Assembly: GCA_016839805.1 (NCBI GenBank)
Contig: JAEOTO010000038.1
Span: forward strand, 1-35,924
Reading direction: 5' to 3'
Length of the DNA: 35,924 nt
Source: Candidatus Hermodarchaeota archaeon
GTDB taxonomy: Archaea; Asgardarchaeota; Hermodarchaeia; Hermodarchaeales; Hermodarchaeaceae
In this document: positions 9,038 to 18,755 of the stretch, piece after piece
Position numbering within the stretch: position 1 is the first letter of the stretch
Layout of the letters: each line of letters begins with the position of its first letter
Program-made: the position numbers and the translations under genes
The notes under the pieces: model-generated
The model's input: the letters and a program-made list of their open reading frames with translations, nothing else
Databases searched by the model: none
What the model was told of the DNA's origin: nothing

Positions 9038-9895
9038 TTGCCAATAATGATGGTTGATACTCCCCACAATAGAACGCATTATTCTGTGAAATATTCCCTC
9101 GAGGAACCAATCCTACCAGTTAGTATCCGGCTAACAGGATTTGGAGCATTCTTCCTTACAAATACACCCTTACCTAAACACCATACTAGACTAGTCTTAA
9201 GTCATCTACGACCAGGATTATATGGCATAAAACAGACAAAAAAGAAATTATCAATTCCTGAACTAGAGTCCAAATCAGAGGCTATTGTTCTCATCCCAAG
9301 AAGAGAACTCACTCAACGGGCTAAGAGTCAGAAAGGCACTACAGCAAGCATTGGTGAAAGACGATATGTCCTAATTACATTCTATCCATTCAAAGATGCC
9401 ACCCTCCGACAAAAGGCAAATCGCTTAGTCTGGCAAACACCACTGATACGGATTCGACCCGGGTTGATGATTACTCCTCACATCCGAATCAGCCGTTTCA
9501 GACACTATGAGGGGATATTACTCCGTCCAAGCGAATATGTCCAACAAGTGGTTGAACTTGGGAAAACAGTCTGGTATGCTCCAAAGCTTCAACTATTGAA
9601 GCCAACTCAAGAGCAGACCTTTGAAACATTAATTCAGAATATGTTCGAAGAACGCGCTGAATTCATCATCAGATCAAGTAATAAACTACTTCACGAAGCC
9701 AAAGAGTCATCAAACCGACCAGGGTGGACCAAGTCCGCCAGACAACAATTGAATCTGCTTCGGAAGCGGTTACGACAAATTCGAGTCCAGTCAGCCTTTT
9801 TTCAACGCGAGTTTGGTTTTGACTACCTACCAATTGTCACACGCACTGCAGCCAAAGTAAGTCGTATACGACAAAAAATACTACTGAACGTCTAA
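9038..9895 (+). CDS. Basic hypothetical protein, ChrB-N/PaaX-central-like domain
   Basis: YVLITF...LRQK..R......RIRPGLMITP followed by helical L..LRKRL.QI....FF. Start uncertain. Confidence 0.5.
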   Translation: MPIMMVDTPHNRTHYSVKYSLEEPILPVSIRLTGFGAFFLTNTPLPKHHTRLVLSHLRPGLYGIKQTKKKLSIPELESKSEAIVLIPRRELTQRAKSQKGTTASIGERRYVLITFYPFKDATLRQKANRLVWQTPLIRIRPGLMITPHIRISRFRHYEGILLRPSEYVQQVVELGKTVWYAPKLQLLKPTQEQTFETLIQNMFEERAEFIIRSSNKLLHEAKESSNRPGWTKSARQQLNLLRKRLRQIRVQSAFFQREFGFDYLPIVTRTAAKVSRIRQKILLNV

Positions 9896-10144
9896 ACCTA
9901 ATCAATCACTCAATTCAAAGGGGTTCCTTTTGTGACAACGAAAATACGCTAAAAACACCTCTTTTACCCATTCCATCCCCCCAAAAAATCTGATTTATGA
10001 CATATCGTTGTTATTTCTCCTTGAATTTTATAAAATGTCAAAATTAAGTGACTTTTTACTCATTTCAGTCTGTAATTACGTTCATTTCTAAACCGGTCAT
10101 CTTGAAGTGCAACCTATAGGAGTGCCTTTTCTGCCGTGATTACC

Positions 10145-10219
10145 ATGGCCAAAAAGAAAAAGGGACAAAAGAAATCGGGTGCCAAGAGCAGCGGAAAAGG
10201 AAAGAAAGGTAACAAATAG
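10145..10219 (+). CDS. Lys/Gly-rich 24-aa microprotein (MAKKKKGQKKSGAKSSGKGKKGNK)
   Basis: ATG..TAG; 11 Lys and no acidic residues; weak GTGAT upstream. Confidence 0.55.
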   Translation: MAKKKKGQKKSGAKSSGKGKKGNK

Positions 10220-10360
10220 TTACTCATTTCCAAGCTGCTTTGATGCCTTATGGGTTTAAAATGAGCAGGGATATTTTCTTCTCATGGAAAACCTAGACTG
10301 TCGAATACAAATCATCATATCTAAATCAAGAGGCTTTAACCTTCGAGGTGAATAATTAAG

Positions 10361-10474
10361 ATGGCTCCGCCCCCTCAAAAAAGACAACCGGAAGAGGAAT
10401 GGGAAGAGAAAGATTCCGACGAAGACTACGATGAAGAATACAGCGACGAAGATCTGCCTGAAGAAGATTGGTAA
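10361..10474 (+). CDS. Acidic Trp-ending 37-aa microprotein (MAPPPQKRQPEEEWEEKDSDEDYDEEYSDEDLPEEDW)
   Basis: GAGGTGA RBS at 10345-10351; 18 Asp/Glu; followed by a hairpin. Confidence 0.75.
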   Translation: MAPPPQKRQPEEEWEEKDSDEDYDEEYSDEDLPEEDW

Positions 10475-10495
10475 CCCATTCTAATTCTAGCAATC

Positions 10496-10531
10496 GGGAG
10501 GTGTCAAATGGCACCTCCCTCATTCCTTTTT
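10496..10531 (+). terminator. Stem-loop plus T-tract
   Basis: GGGAGGTGTC-AAAT-GGCACCTCCC, then TCATTCCTTTTT. Confidence 0.6.
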
Positions 10532-10631
10532 CAAAATATGGCTGTGGATCTCGGCTCTTTAACGTTATATTAAATACAGTACCTTGAGAAATTACCTAAC
10601 ACCTAAGTATATTCTCAGAGAGTGAAGTGAG

Positions 10632-11201
10632 ATGGAAAATTCTGAAGTTGCGAAGGTATTGCGGGAGATAGCGGATTTATTAGAATTACAGGAAGTCCCC
10701 TTCAAACCTCGAGCATATCGTCAGGCAGCGCAGTCGATTAATAGGTTATCAGATCGAGTGGTAGATGTTGCCGCACGTGGTGATTTAGATGCGATTCCAG
10801 GCGTGGGTGAGAGTATCGCTAAAAAAATCAATGAGTTAGTCAAGACAGGGCGTTTAAAATATCTGGAGGAACTCCGTAAAGAAACTCATCAAAGAGTCCT
10901 AGTTGCCAAAAGTCAAGGAAAAGAAATTGAAATAGAACTCAATGGACAGAAGGTGATGGCGCGTCTAACTGAGAAGTATGAGCGGATTACTGTGCGTGAC
11001 CCCAAGAACTTCGTTGAGGGGTCTTTCCGAACCGTAGATATTGGACCACCAGGGTATAGTAAACTAATTCGAGGTCGACTCAAGGCAACAGGGGAATGGG
11101 CAACTGTAACATATCTCATTTCAAGAGAAATTCGGGAAGAAACCAAGCAAAAATTGCGTCGGGCCGCCATTAAAGAAATGACAAAGAGTCGAAGACCATA
11201 A
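10632..11201 (+). CDS. PolX N-terminal helix-hairpin-helix domain fused to an unrelated C-terminal domain
   Basis: N.EVA..L.EIADLLE....FK.RAYR.AA, IPGVGESIA.KI.E...TG.L.YLEEL; no nucleotidyltransferase or PHP domain. Confidence 0.8.
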   Translation: MENSEVAKVLREIADLLELQEVPFKPRAYRQAAQSINRLSDRVVDVAARGDLDAIPGVGESIAKKINELVKTGRLKYLEELRKETHQRVLVAKSQGKEIEIELNGQKVMARLTEKYERITVRDPKNFVEGSFRTVDIGPPGYSKLIRGRLKATGEWATVTYLISREIREETKQKLRRAAIKEMTKSRRP

Positions 11202-11318
11202 GTATAGTTTTGGAACTGCATCAACAAAAGATTAGTTATGGTTGCGAATCCGTTCTTTTAATGACCGTCTACTCACATCTCATTTAGGTGATCGAATATT
11301 TAGTTAGTAAAGGTAAAC

Positions 11319-11648
11319 TTAGAAGATGCTGCGATTATCAACTTTTTTCCGCCAAAAGCTTCCCCAACCTAAAAGTATCACTGATACCACTAGTGCACCT
11401 ACTCCGATGAATACCCCAAGAAAAACGGAAATGTCTCCTAATGGAATTCCTAGTGCGATGATCATTAATCCTGCGTAGATAATGCCGATAACACCAATTA
11501 CTACACCAATAACCGAGATAATGATGAAGCGAGTTGCATACCAGTAGATTCTGTCATAGACATGTTCTGCAACTTCATCCCATGAAGGTGTAGGTTTCTT
11601 TACAGATTGTTTTGATTTCTTTTCTTTTTTTTCCTTTACTGTAGTCAT
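11319..11648 (-). CDS. Small 2-TM membrane protein (paralog of neighbour)
   Basis: Lys-rich N-terminus, two TM helices, WG.FW motif. Confidence 0.75.
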   Translation of the reverse strand: MTTVKEKKEKKSKQSVKKPTPSWDEVAEHVYDRIYWYATRFIIISVIGVVIGVIGIIYAGLMIIALGIPLGDISVFLGVFIGVGALVVSVILLGWGSFWRKKVDNRSIF

Positions 11649-11665
11649 TGAGATTCATCTCCTTG

Positions 11666-11956
11666 CTATTTTGGTGGAGTAGATTTGAATCGCTTCTTCA
11701 TACGTTTTCCTTCACTGCGCATCCAGTATAAACCCCAGAACGTAAGAAATACACCGATAACGATGAATGCAACTCCAATAAAGAGTCCTCCAAGTATTGC
11801 CAGTTGAATAGCAACGAAACCATATACTACGAAAGCTAAAATTGAATAAACAAGGCTGACTGCACCTATCGCAACCGCAATAACACTTGCTATGATATAT
11901 TTAGATGCAAGAGAGATGATTTCTGCACTTGCTTCTAAAGCCATCTCATCACTCAA
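11666..11956 (-). CDS. Small 2-TM membrane protein (paralog of neighbour)
   Basis: TTG start after AGGTGA; two TM helices; WG.YW motif. Confidence 0.75.
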   Translation of the reverse strand: MSDEMALEASAEIISLASKYIIASVIAVAIGAVSLVYSILAFVVYGFVAIQLAILGGLFIGVAFIVIGVFLTFWGLYWMRSEGKRMKKRFKSTPPK

Positions 11957-12331
11957 ATTACAAATTCACCTTTAGCGTCTACAGCTTTTTCACATATATT
12001 TAAAGCTAACCACATTTGCCATAATCTCTGTGACGAAGTGCCTGTGACTTTTGTGAGTAAGGATCCAACAATAATTCTTGGAGTTAAGCACTTAAGATCA
12101 CTTATAGATTCAGATTTGTCGAATATGCAACGGGTTATTCTTCATTCAGTATCCAGAATATAACATGATTTTCCAATTAATCAATTAAGATAGATTCAAA
12201 TAATCGGTTGAAAAATAATTGCACATTCTGCTTAAGCTTTATTCTGGCAATAATGATTCAAGATGTTTTTTTCTGAAAAAATACATGGTTTTTTATTATC
12301 TCAGAATAAATAGCAATTTGAGGGAAGCTTT

Positions 12332-12607
12332 GTGACGTTAAAAAAAGAACTTTTCTCATGGGTTAAGCAATTTATTGAACAAACAACGAAAGAATGGGAT
12401 TGGCCGGTAACCTACTCGATTGATGTACCTGAAGAATATCAAATGAGTTATCAAATTTTTCTCACATTGAAAAAACTTCAGCTTTCAGTAGTTATTCTCT
12501 TTGATAAACAAAAAGCTGAAGAAAAGGATGTCGCAGAATTAAAAGATAAGATCAATTTGGGGCTGGTACGACTAAAAGAATTAGCTGAGCAACGAATCAT
12601 AACTTGA
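12332..12607 (+). CDS. Hypothetical protein
   Basis: 91-aa ORF, GAGGG upstream, globular composition. Confidence 0.6.
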   Translation: MTLKKELFSWVKQFIEQTTKEWDWPVTYSIDVPEEYQMSYQIFLTLKKLQLSVVILFDKQKAEEKDVAELKDKINLGLVRLKELAEQRIIT

Positions 12608-12670
12608 AATTACTTTGGAATTACTTCAATTCTGTCTACGAATGAATTGTTTAATATATTGTGAATCTGA

Positions 12671-13090
12671 TTACTTTTCAAGTAATGTTTTGAATATATT
12701 GTGATGGTTTTCTTCGTCAATCAGAAGATCTTCAAAGAGCCGACGAGTCACAACGTCGCCTTCGGATTGGGTTTGCGCGATGATTTCGCGGTAGAACTTG
12801 ATTGTATCCTCTTCAGCTTTCTTATCATGAGTGAGCATTTTTTCTGGTGTAGCACCAACGGTGATTGGAGCCGGTTTTGTTGTAGGTTCGCCACCCAAGT
12901 AATCAACGCGTTCTGCAATCGCTTCAGCATGTTTCATCTCTTCGATTGCAATATCCTTTAGAGTACTTCCAATTGACTCGGAATACATACCATAAACTCG
13001 TACGTGTTGCCACATGTATTGAATAGAAACCTGCAATTCCATTGAAATCGCTTTATTCATCATTTCAAGAAGCTTCGCACTAACCATCAT
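12671..13090 (-). CDS. bfr: Bacterioferritin-like (ferritin-like) protein
   Basis: EL...IQY, EEMKHAE, EEDT..FY, DEENH di-iron ligands. Confidence 0.88.
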   Translation of the reverse strand: MMVSAKLLEMMNKAISMELQVSIQYMWQHVRVYGMYSESIGSTLKDIAIEEMKHAEAIAERVDYLGGEPTTKPAPITVGATPEKMLTHDKKAEEDTIKFYREIIAQTQSEGDVVTRRLFEDLLIDEENHHNIFKTLLEK

Positions 13091-13161
13091 AATCCCTAAT
13101 TTGGGCATAACATTGTTTCATCCTTTTATATCATACTATAAATGGGTTGAAAGCGTAAACT

Positions 13162-14220
13162 TTAGATCCATCTCTTTCGTCTGAAAAATCCAACCAACAC
13201 TAAACCTACAACTAGCATAGATAACCAGACAAGAGGGTAAGCAAAGGGTATTTCCAGTTCTGGCATGAATCTAAAATTCATCCCATATATCCCTGCGATT
13301 AAAGTGAGAGGAATAAAGATCGTAGCAATGATAGTGAGAACCTTCATGACCTCATTCATTCGATTACTGACGCTGGATAGATAGATATCAAGCATACCCG
13401 ACAGCATATCCCGGTAGGTTTCCACTGTTTCCATGACCTGGATGCTATGGTCATAGATGTCACGAATGTAAATGAGGATTTTTTCATCGATAAGTGAATA
13501 TCGACTCCGTTCAATACGGCTAACCACTTCTCTGAATGGCCAAATTGACTTTCGTAGAATAATTAAATTTTGTTTTAAACGGTGAATTTCATGCAAAGTT
13601 TTTTGTGTCGGATCAATTATCAATTCGTCCTCAAGTACTTCAATTTTATCACTTAGCTTTTCCATTACTACAAAGTAATTATCTAAAACAGCATCCAATA
13701 ATGCATAGGCAAGATAGTCATTTCGCATTCGCCGTAAGATTCCTCGCTTATTTCGCATTCTATCCATGATTGGTTCGAAAATGGCTTCTTGATATTCTTG
13801 GAATGAAATAATAAAACTGGGTCCCAAAATTATGCTTATCTGATTCGATTCAATCTCATCCTCCTTATAATCAACATTTTTCACTACAATAAAAAGATAG
13901 TCACCATAATCTTCAATTTTAGATCGTTGAGTTGTATTCAAAATATCTTCAATTACGAGGGGATGAAGATTGAAGCTCTCACCCACTTTCTCAAGAAGAT
14001 TCACTTGTTGAAGACCGACGATTTTTATCCAAGTCACCACAGAACTTTCTTTTCCCTGTAGACATTCTTCGACCGTACTTACTTCCTTTTCAATTAATTG
14101 ATCTTCATCGTATTTGATGACCATTATCCGCGTTTTTTTTGGATGTCTATCTCCGATGTAGATTGGAGTTCCTGGAGGAAGACCTGATTTACTAGATTTT
14201 TTCCGAAATAATCGTGGCAC
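13162..14220 (-). CDS. corA: Magnesium/cobalt transporter CorA
   Basis: GLPPGT, LHPLVIEDI, MNEVMKVLT, YGMNF, MPEL. Confidence 0.97.
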   Translation of the reverse strand: MPRLFRKKSSKSGLPPGTPIYIGDRHPKKTRIMVIKYDEDQLIEKEVSTVEECLQGKESSVVTWIKIVGLQQVNLLEKVGESFNLHPLVIEDILNTTQRSKIEDYGDYLFIVVKNVDYKEDEIESNQISIILGPSFIISFQEYQEAIFEPIMDRMRNKRGILRRMRNDYLAYALLDAVLDNYFVVMEKLSDKIEVLEDELIIDPTQKTLHEIHRLKQNLIILRKSIWPFREVVSRIERSRYSLIDEKILIYIRDIYDHSIQVMETVETYRDMLSGMLDIYLSSVSNRMNEVMKVLTIIATIFIPLTLIAGIYGMNFRFMPELEIPFAYPLVWLSMLVVGLVLVGFFRRKRWI

Positions 14221-14305
14221 CTAACACACCTTTAAGGTTTTATTTGATATCATGAAAAGATTACAGTCTGGGTTCTTAATATTCGCGATCTTGAGAAAAG
14301 ATTTC

Positions 14306-15208
14306 TCATTTATTTTCATTAAGAAATACGGCATTAAGAATCTCGTCCATAAACGCTGGTTTGAATTCAAGGATCTTTCTAGCATTATCTGAAAATATCA
14401 CGAAATTATATGTGAAAGAAAATTGTTCAACTTCAGTGATTTCATATAGCGGGCGGAATCCAAACTCTGTTTTCCACCGCTTACAAACTTGGTCGAAGGC
14501 ACCCCGTAATTTCCGTAAATCTTGGCTTGTATGAAACGCCATCGGAAAAACATATCTTACTATTTTCTCAACTTCGATGACTTTACTAACTTTATGAAGC
14601 ACTCCTCGGTGTGTTGCTTTTGATTTCTCAATCTTATTTAATATACCAGCTAATTTTTCTTTGTCGAACATAAAATTCGTGACATCCGAATCGAGAACAG
14701 CTTTATTCGGTACTAGAATATCTGATCCATCTGGTTGTAGCAGCTTTGTATAATTCATGCTGATTTCTTTAACAATTCCTTCAACATTACCAATTCGGAC
14801 ATAATCTTCAACATGAAATGGTCTTGAAAAAATTACATAAAGTCCTGAAACAAGATTACTAACAGCTTGCCCAATAGCTAACCCAATGGCGGCCCCTATG
14901 ATAAGCGAACTTGTTCCTAGTATTACTACAAAATAAGAATAGATTTCTGGTAAAGCAATTACGAACGCTAAAAACGCAATATATAGAAAAGCTAATCCAA
15001 TTGCCAGATTCAATCCATTTATGGCATCTGGAGGTACTCCTGCCTTCCTTGCCCTCTTCTTCAGATATCGGCGAATTAGCCCATAACTAATAATTAGTAT
15101 TAGCCAAACGATAATTACTCCAATAATTGGTAAGACACGCCAGCCCCACAATTGCAACCATATTATTAGAGCTTGAAAGAATGCTGTAAATTGGTCAGGT
15201 AATTGCAT
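14306..15208 (-). CDS. mscS: Small-conductance mechanosensitive channel
   Basis: GLA.GQ.VSNLVSG, RPF.V.DYV.I..VEG.V.EI, VPN. Confidence 0.9.
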   Translation of the reverse strand: MQLPDQFTAFFQALIIWLQLWGWRVLPIIGVIIVWLILIISYGLIRRYLKKRARKAGVPPDAINGLNLAIGLAFLYIAFLAFVIALPEIYSYFVVILGTSSLIIGAAIGLAIGQAVSNLVSGLYVIFSRPFHVEDYVRIGNVEGIVKEISMNYTKLLQPDGSDILVPNKAVLDSDVTNFMFDKEKLAGILNKIEKSKATHRGVLHKVSKVIEVEKIVRYVFPMAFHTSQDLRKLRGAFDQVCKRWKTEFGFRPLYEITEVEQFSFTYNFVIFSDNARKILEFKPAFMDEILNAVFLNENK

Positions 15209-15333
15209 CCCTTACACCACTGGTTATAATAATGGTTTTACTAAATCAAATCATGAATATCCTGAATTGCGTTTATAATTTCTTTTCATTTTTATATAGG
15301 TCTGCTACCTTTGCTGAATTCTGCGTTTTTATT

Positions 15334-15873
15334 CTATTTAAACCCGAAGAGACCGAGAATAATTCTACCAATTCCTGCCGTAATTAATCCGACTGAAAGA
15401 AGATAGATTACCGACCATCCGATTGTGATAGGAAGAACAAATACCATCAATGCTAGTAATAGTGTTATAGTACCCAGAACAACAAGTGTGTATTTGAGGT
15501 TTCGGGGATAGGCTTTTGCCAGAGCCCCAATAAATATCCGTACGAGCCCAAGGATCATTAAAGCGGCTGCAAGTATCCAGAACAAAAGTAGTATTGAGAA
15601 TGAGGGGTTTAGAATCGTAAACAAAGCTGCAACAAGCAATATAAAACCAACAAATATACTAAACGCACGTTTGACATTCGATAGAACTCTTGAAAAGATG
15701 CCTCTTAAAATCCTAGCAATCCCTAACACCATTAAACCAACTGCAATGATGAGAATAGATAATTCAAGACTGAATACAGGATAAATCAAAACTAATACGC
15801 CTGCAATGATCGCAAAGATGCCTAAAATTACATCCGTTACTCTTAACCAAAGTGGAATCCTGATTTCATTCAT
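15334..15873 (-). CDS. HdeD/DUF308 membrane protein
   Basis: Three repeats of G..AI..G...L..P...G..RI..G; six TM helices. Confidence 0.85.
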   Translation of the reverse strand: MNEIRIPLWLRVTDVILGIFAIIAGVLVLIYPVFSLELSILIIAVGLMVLGIARILRGIFSRVLSNVKRAFSIFVGFILLVAALFTILNPSFSILLLFWILAAALMILGLVRIFIGALAKAYPRNLKYTLVVLGTITLLLALMVFVLPITIGWSVIYLLSVGLITAGIGRIILGLFGFK

Positions 15874-16062
15874 TGGATCCTCAACTCTCATTACTAACAC
15901 TAATGAGTTCTTTAAATTTTTATTGGGATAAATAAAATCAAATGAGAATTGATGAGGAACTGTTCGAGGATTTGTGTATTGGTTATTACATAGTGCAACA
16001 TGCTGAATGGTGAAAGTCTTTTACTGCTTACTTATCTGGAATATAGGAGGAGTTGGAAACAC

Positions 16063-16148
16063 CTAATCCACTCAATTGGCATGTGTTTTTTTGGGCTGTA
16101 GTAACATTATGCTGGGGTGTCTAGAACACGAATATTTGAGTGGATTAG
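16063..16148. repeat. 86-bp element with perfect 13-bp inverted repeats
   Basis: CTAATCCACTCAA (16063-16075) and TTGAGTGGATTAG (16136-16148). Confidence 0.7.
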
Positions 16149-16329
16149 TTTTATACCCGGCAAAAATGTTTAGGTTTTTTAATTTTTTTGCGATTTAGTG
16201 ATTAAATTCACACATCTATGTATGTTATTGTTTGTAGACACTAAAGTTTTCGTTATTGTGCGAATAGTGTTTTTAATTGTAATAAGAACAGGCTATTATA
16301 TTATTCAAGGCATCGGATACATATCCAAA

Positions 16330-16823
16330 TTACTTAACCAATTTAGCTATCCTTATATCTTTATCACCAGAACATACGCTGAACCCCCGTTGGTCATCGG
16401 AGCACACATCCCCTCCTAACAGCAATGTCATCCCTAAATCCAGATATCGCTGAAGTCCCCTGCTGAAATACTCAGTAATTTCACTATTAGTCATCAAGAT
16501 AATGTTACTAGGTAAGAAGACTACCGGCGCTAAACCCGCTTTTTGAAGGGCTTTCGTTACGGCTATTCGAAGGTCAAAGACTTCAATCATCGTTTGTGAG
16601 AGGGCTGGTAATTGTTTGGCGGTTCGAAATCCCACATACAGTTTGCGTTTGATGACGGGTACGTGACCGAAGCTGCCCACGCCATGGACAATCACACAAG
16701 GACCTAAGACTTCAGCAATCTCCTTAGTAACTGAGTTAATACATTTTTCCGAAGCGTATAGGGCTTGCTCTTGCCGGTGATGAGCGCGCCACCCTGTTTG
16801 ATAATCGTGAGTTCTTTTGGCAT
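16330..16823 (-). pseudogene. Isopentenyl phosphate kinase (amino-acid-kinase family), frameshifted and 3'-truncated
   Basis: ATG 16823 gives MPKELTIIKQGGALITGK. A frameshift near 16735 leads into SVTKEIAE..VIVHGVGSFGH...GDV...SGD, then an early stop. Confidence 0.8.
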
Positions 16824-16947
16824 GATTTCTTCACCCCCAAAGGAGTCATGTTGTGTGGCTATCTCAGTTTAACTGCTCATTTATAAGTAAAAAGGTCTCC
16901 AGGGAATACTCTCCTGCCATTAGAGCAGGACAAGGTAAGTGATAATT

Positions 16948-17781
16948 ATGGTCAACCCACTACCGTTGATACTCCCAAACTGGGCTTGGGATATTATTGC
17001 TTTGGTCATCTCGGTTGTACTAATCCTGTTGTTAATTCGAATCAATGATATTCTTCGAAGACGGGAAGCCATTCCCGTCTATGTATCACGAAAGGTCATT
17101 CATATCTTCGCTGGACCTTTATGGTTAATTACCTGGCTCCTATTTTCCAGCGACATGTACAGTCGGTATTTTGCCACGGTCGTTCCTCTGATCTTTATGC
17201 TTCTCTTCCTCGGTATTGGCACAGGTATAATGAAGAACGAGGAATTCGTACGAACAATGTCTCGAAGTGGGGAGCCCCGTGAGCTTCTCAAGGGGACGCT
17301 CTTCTACACCATCATCATGGTACTATCATCAATTCTATTCTGGTTCGTTCCTGTCGACATTGCAAACGTCCCCCAATTTGCAATCTTCGTTCCCACTGTT
17401 ATCCTAGTCTTCGGTCCATTAGCTGGTGGAGATGGCTTTGCTGATATAATTGGTCGCAAATGGGGTAAACGGAAATTTAAAATCTTTGCGGAGAAAAGCC
17501 TCGAAGGCACTATTGCCATGTTCCTCTTTAGTTTCATATTCACCTCTGTCTTACTGGGGATTTTCTGGCTTGTCCTCAATCCCGTCTATCCAACAGCGAT
17601 TGATCCGCTTGATTATTTGATTCCCATCCTCCTCGTCTCACTAGTTGCTACAATTGCTGAACTCATCAGTCCCAAAGGATTTGATAACCTCGTGATTCCC
17701 ATCATCATAATCGTCGTCATCTATCTCTTGGCAATCATAGGATTCTGGCCATTCATGCCTATGAGCCTGTTTCCAGTGTAG
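16948..17781 (+). CDS. Phytol/farnesol/dolichol-kinase-like membrane protein (CTP-dependent)
   Basis: SRKVIHI..GP, MSRSG.PRELLKG.LFY, GDGFADIIG, KSLEG, DNL. Confidence 0.9.
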   Translation: MVNPLPLILPNWAWDIIALVISVVLILLLIRINDILRRREAIPVYVSRKVIHIFAGPLWLITWLLFSSDMYSRYFATVVPLIFMLLFLGIGTGIMKNEEFVRTMSRSGEPRELLKGTLFYTIIMVLSSILFWFVPVDIANVPQFAIFVPTVILVFGPLAGGDGFADIIGRKWGKRKFKIFAEKSLEGTIAMFLFSFIFTSVLLGIFWLVLNPVYPTAIDPLDYLIPILLVSLVATIAELISPKGFDNLVIPIIIIVVIYLLAIIGFWPFMPMSLFPV

Positions 17782-18140
17782 TCCTCTCTGTTTAGCAATC
17801 TTCAGGGAAACCTTCCCAAGTCACCTGACACGTACAAAGGAGTGTGTAAAAGGGAGTCCGGAATCCAAATTCCTACAAAAGATGCATAGGCCTTCCTGTG
17901 AAACCAGCCAAGAACTCTGTGGTGAAGCCGCGTTCTACGGTCCACAAGGCGCCATTCTGTCGAAGTGCGAATCCAAGAAGGATCAGCTGACAACCTATGG
18001 TCGGTACTTCGTGAATGAAGCAGCAACGGTAGGATACGGTGTAAAAGAGGAACAGCAGGTATAAAACAATGGATTGAACCGTATAAAAAATCCAAAAAAT
18101 AGATGAATAATATTAATTCGAAAGAACTTGAGGGTATTCC

Positions 18141-18755
18141 TTGATTACTATTATTGATTATGGCATGGGAAATCTGGGCTCGATTCAAAATATGCTTTCA
18201 CGGTTAGGGTTGGAAACCATTATCACAGCAGATATTACAGAAATTCAGAGAGCAGAGAAACTCATTCTTCCTGGGGTCGGTGCCTTCGATAAGGCTATGA
18301 CCAATCTACAGGATCTAAAATTCATTCCTATCCTGAATGAATTAGTGCTAGAGAAACAGACTCCTATCCTTGGGATATGTCTGGGCATGCAGTTGTTGTC
18401 TAAACGGAGCGAAGAGGGTCAACTCGATGGATTAGGGTGGATTGACGCTGAAACGATTCGGTTTCAATTCAAATCGGAAGATAAGCTCCGTATTCCTCAT
18501 ATGGGTTGGAATACCATCACGATCCAACAGGAGGCCTGTCTCTTCAAAGAAATGTATAAACAACCTAGGTTCTATTTTGTTCACTCCTTTCATGTGAAAT
18601 GCAAATCAAAAGAAACGGTGTTGGCTACCACTGATTATGGGTTTGAGTTTACCTCAGCAGTCATTCAGGATAATATTTATGGGGTGCAATTTCATCCCGA
18701 AAAGAGCCATAAATTCGGAATGCTTTTACTCAAGAATTTCGCGGAATTGTGTTAA
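18141..18755 (+). CDS. hisH: HisH-like glutamine amidotransferase (glycan-modification paralog)
   Basis: IDYGMGNLGS, LPGVGAF, GICLGMQ, PHMGWN, FYFVHS, QFHPEKS. Confidence 0.93.
   Translation: MITIIDYGMGNLGSIQNMLSRLGLETIITADITEIQRAEKLILPGVGAFDKAMTNLQDLKFIPILNELVLEKQTPILGICLGMQLLSKRSEEGQLDGLGWIDAETIRFQFKSEDKLRIPHMGWNTITIQQEACLFKEMYKQPRFYFVHSFHVKCKSKETVLATTDYGFEFTSAVIQDNIYGVQFHPEKSHKFGMLLLKNFAELC

Noticed and set aside
17800-18064. 60-aa ORF (MHRPSCE...) possibly a gene remnant
   Set aside because: No recognisable motif or RBS; cannot be supported.
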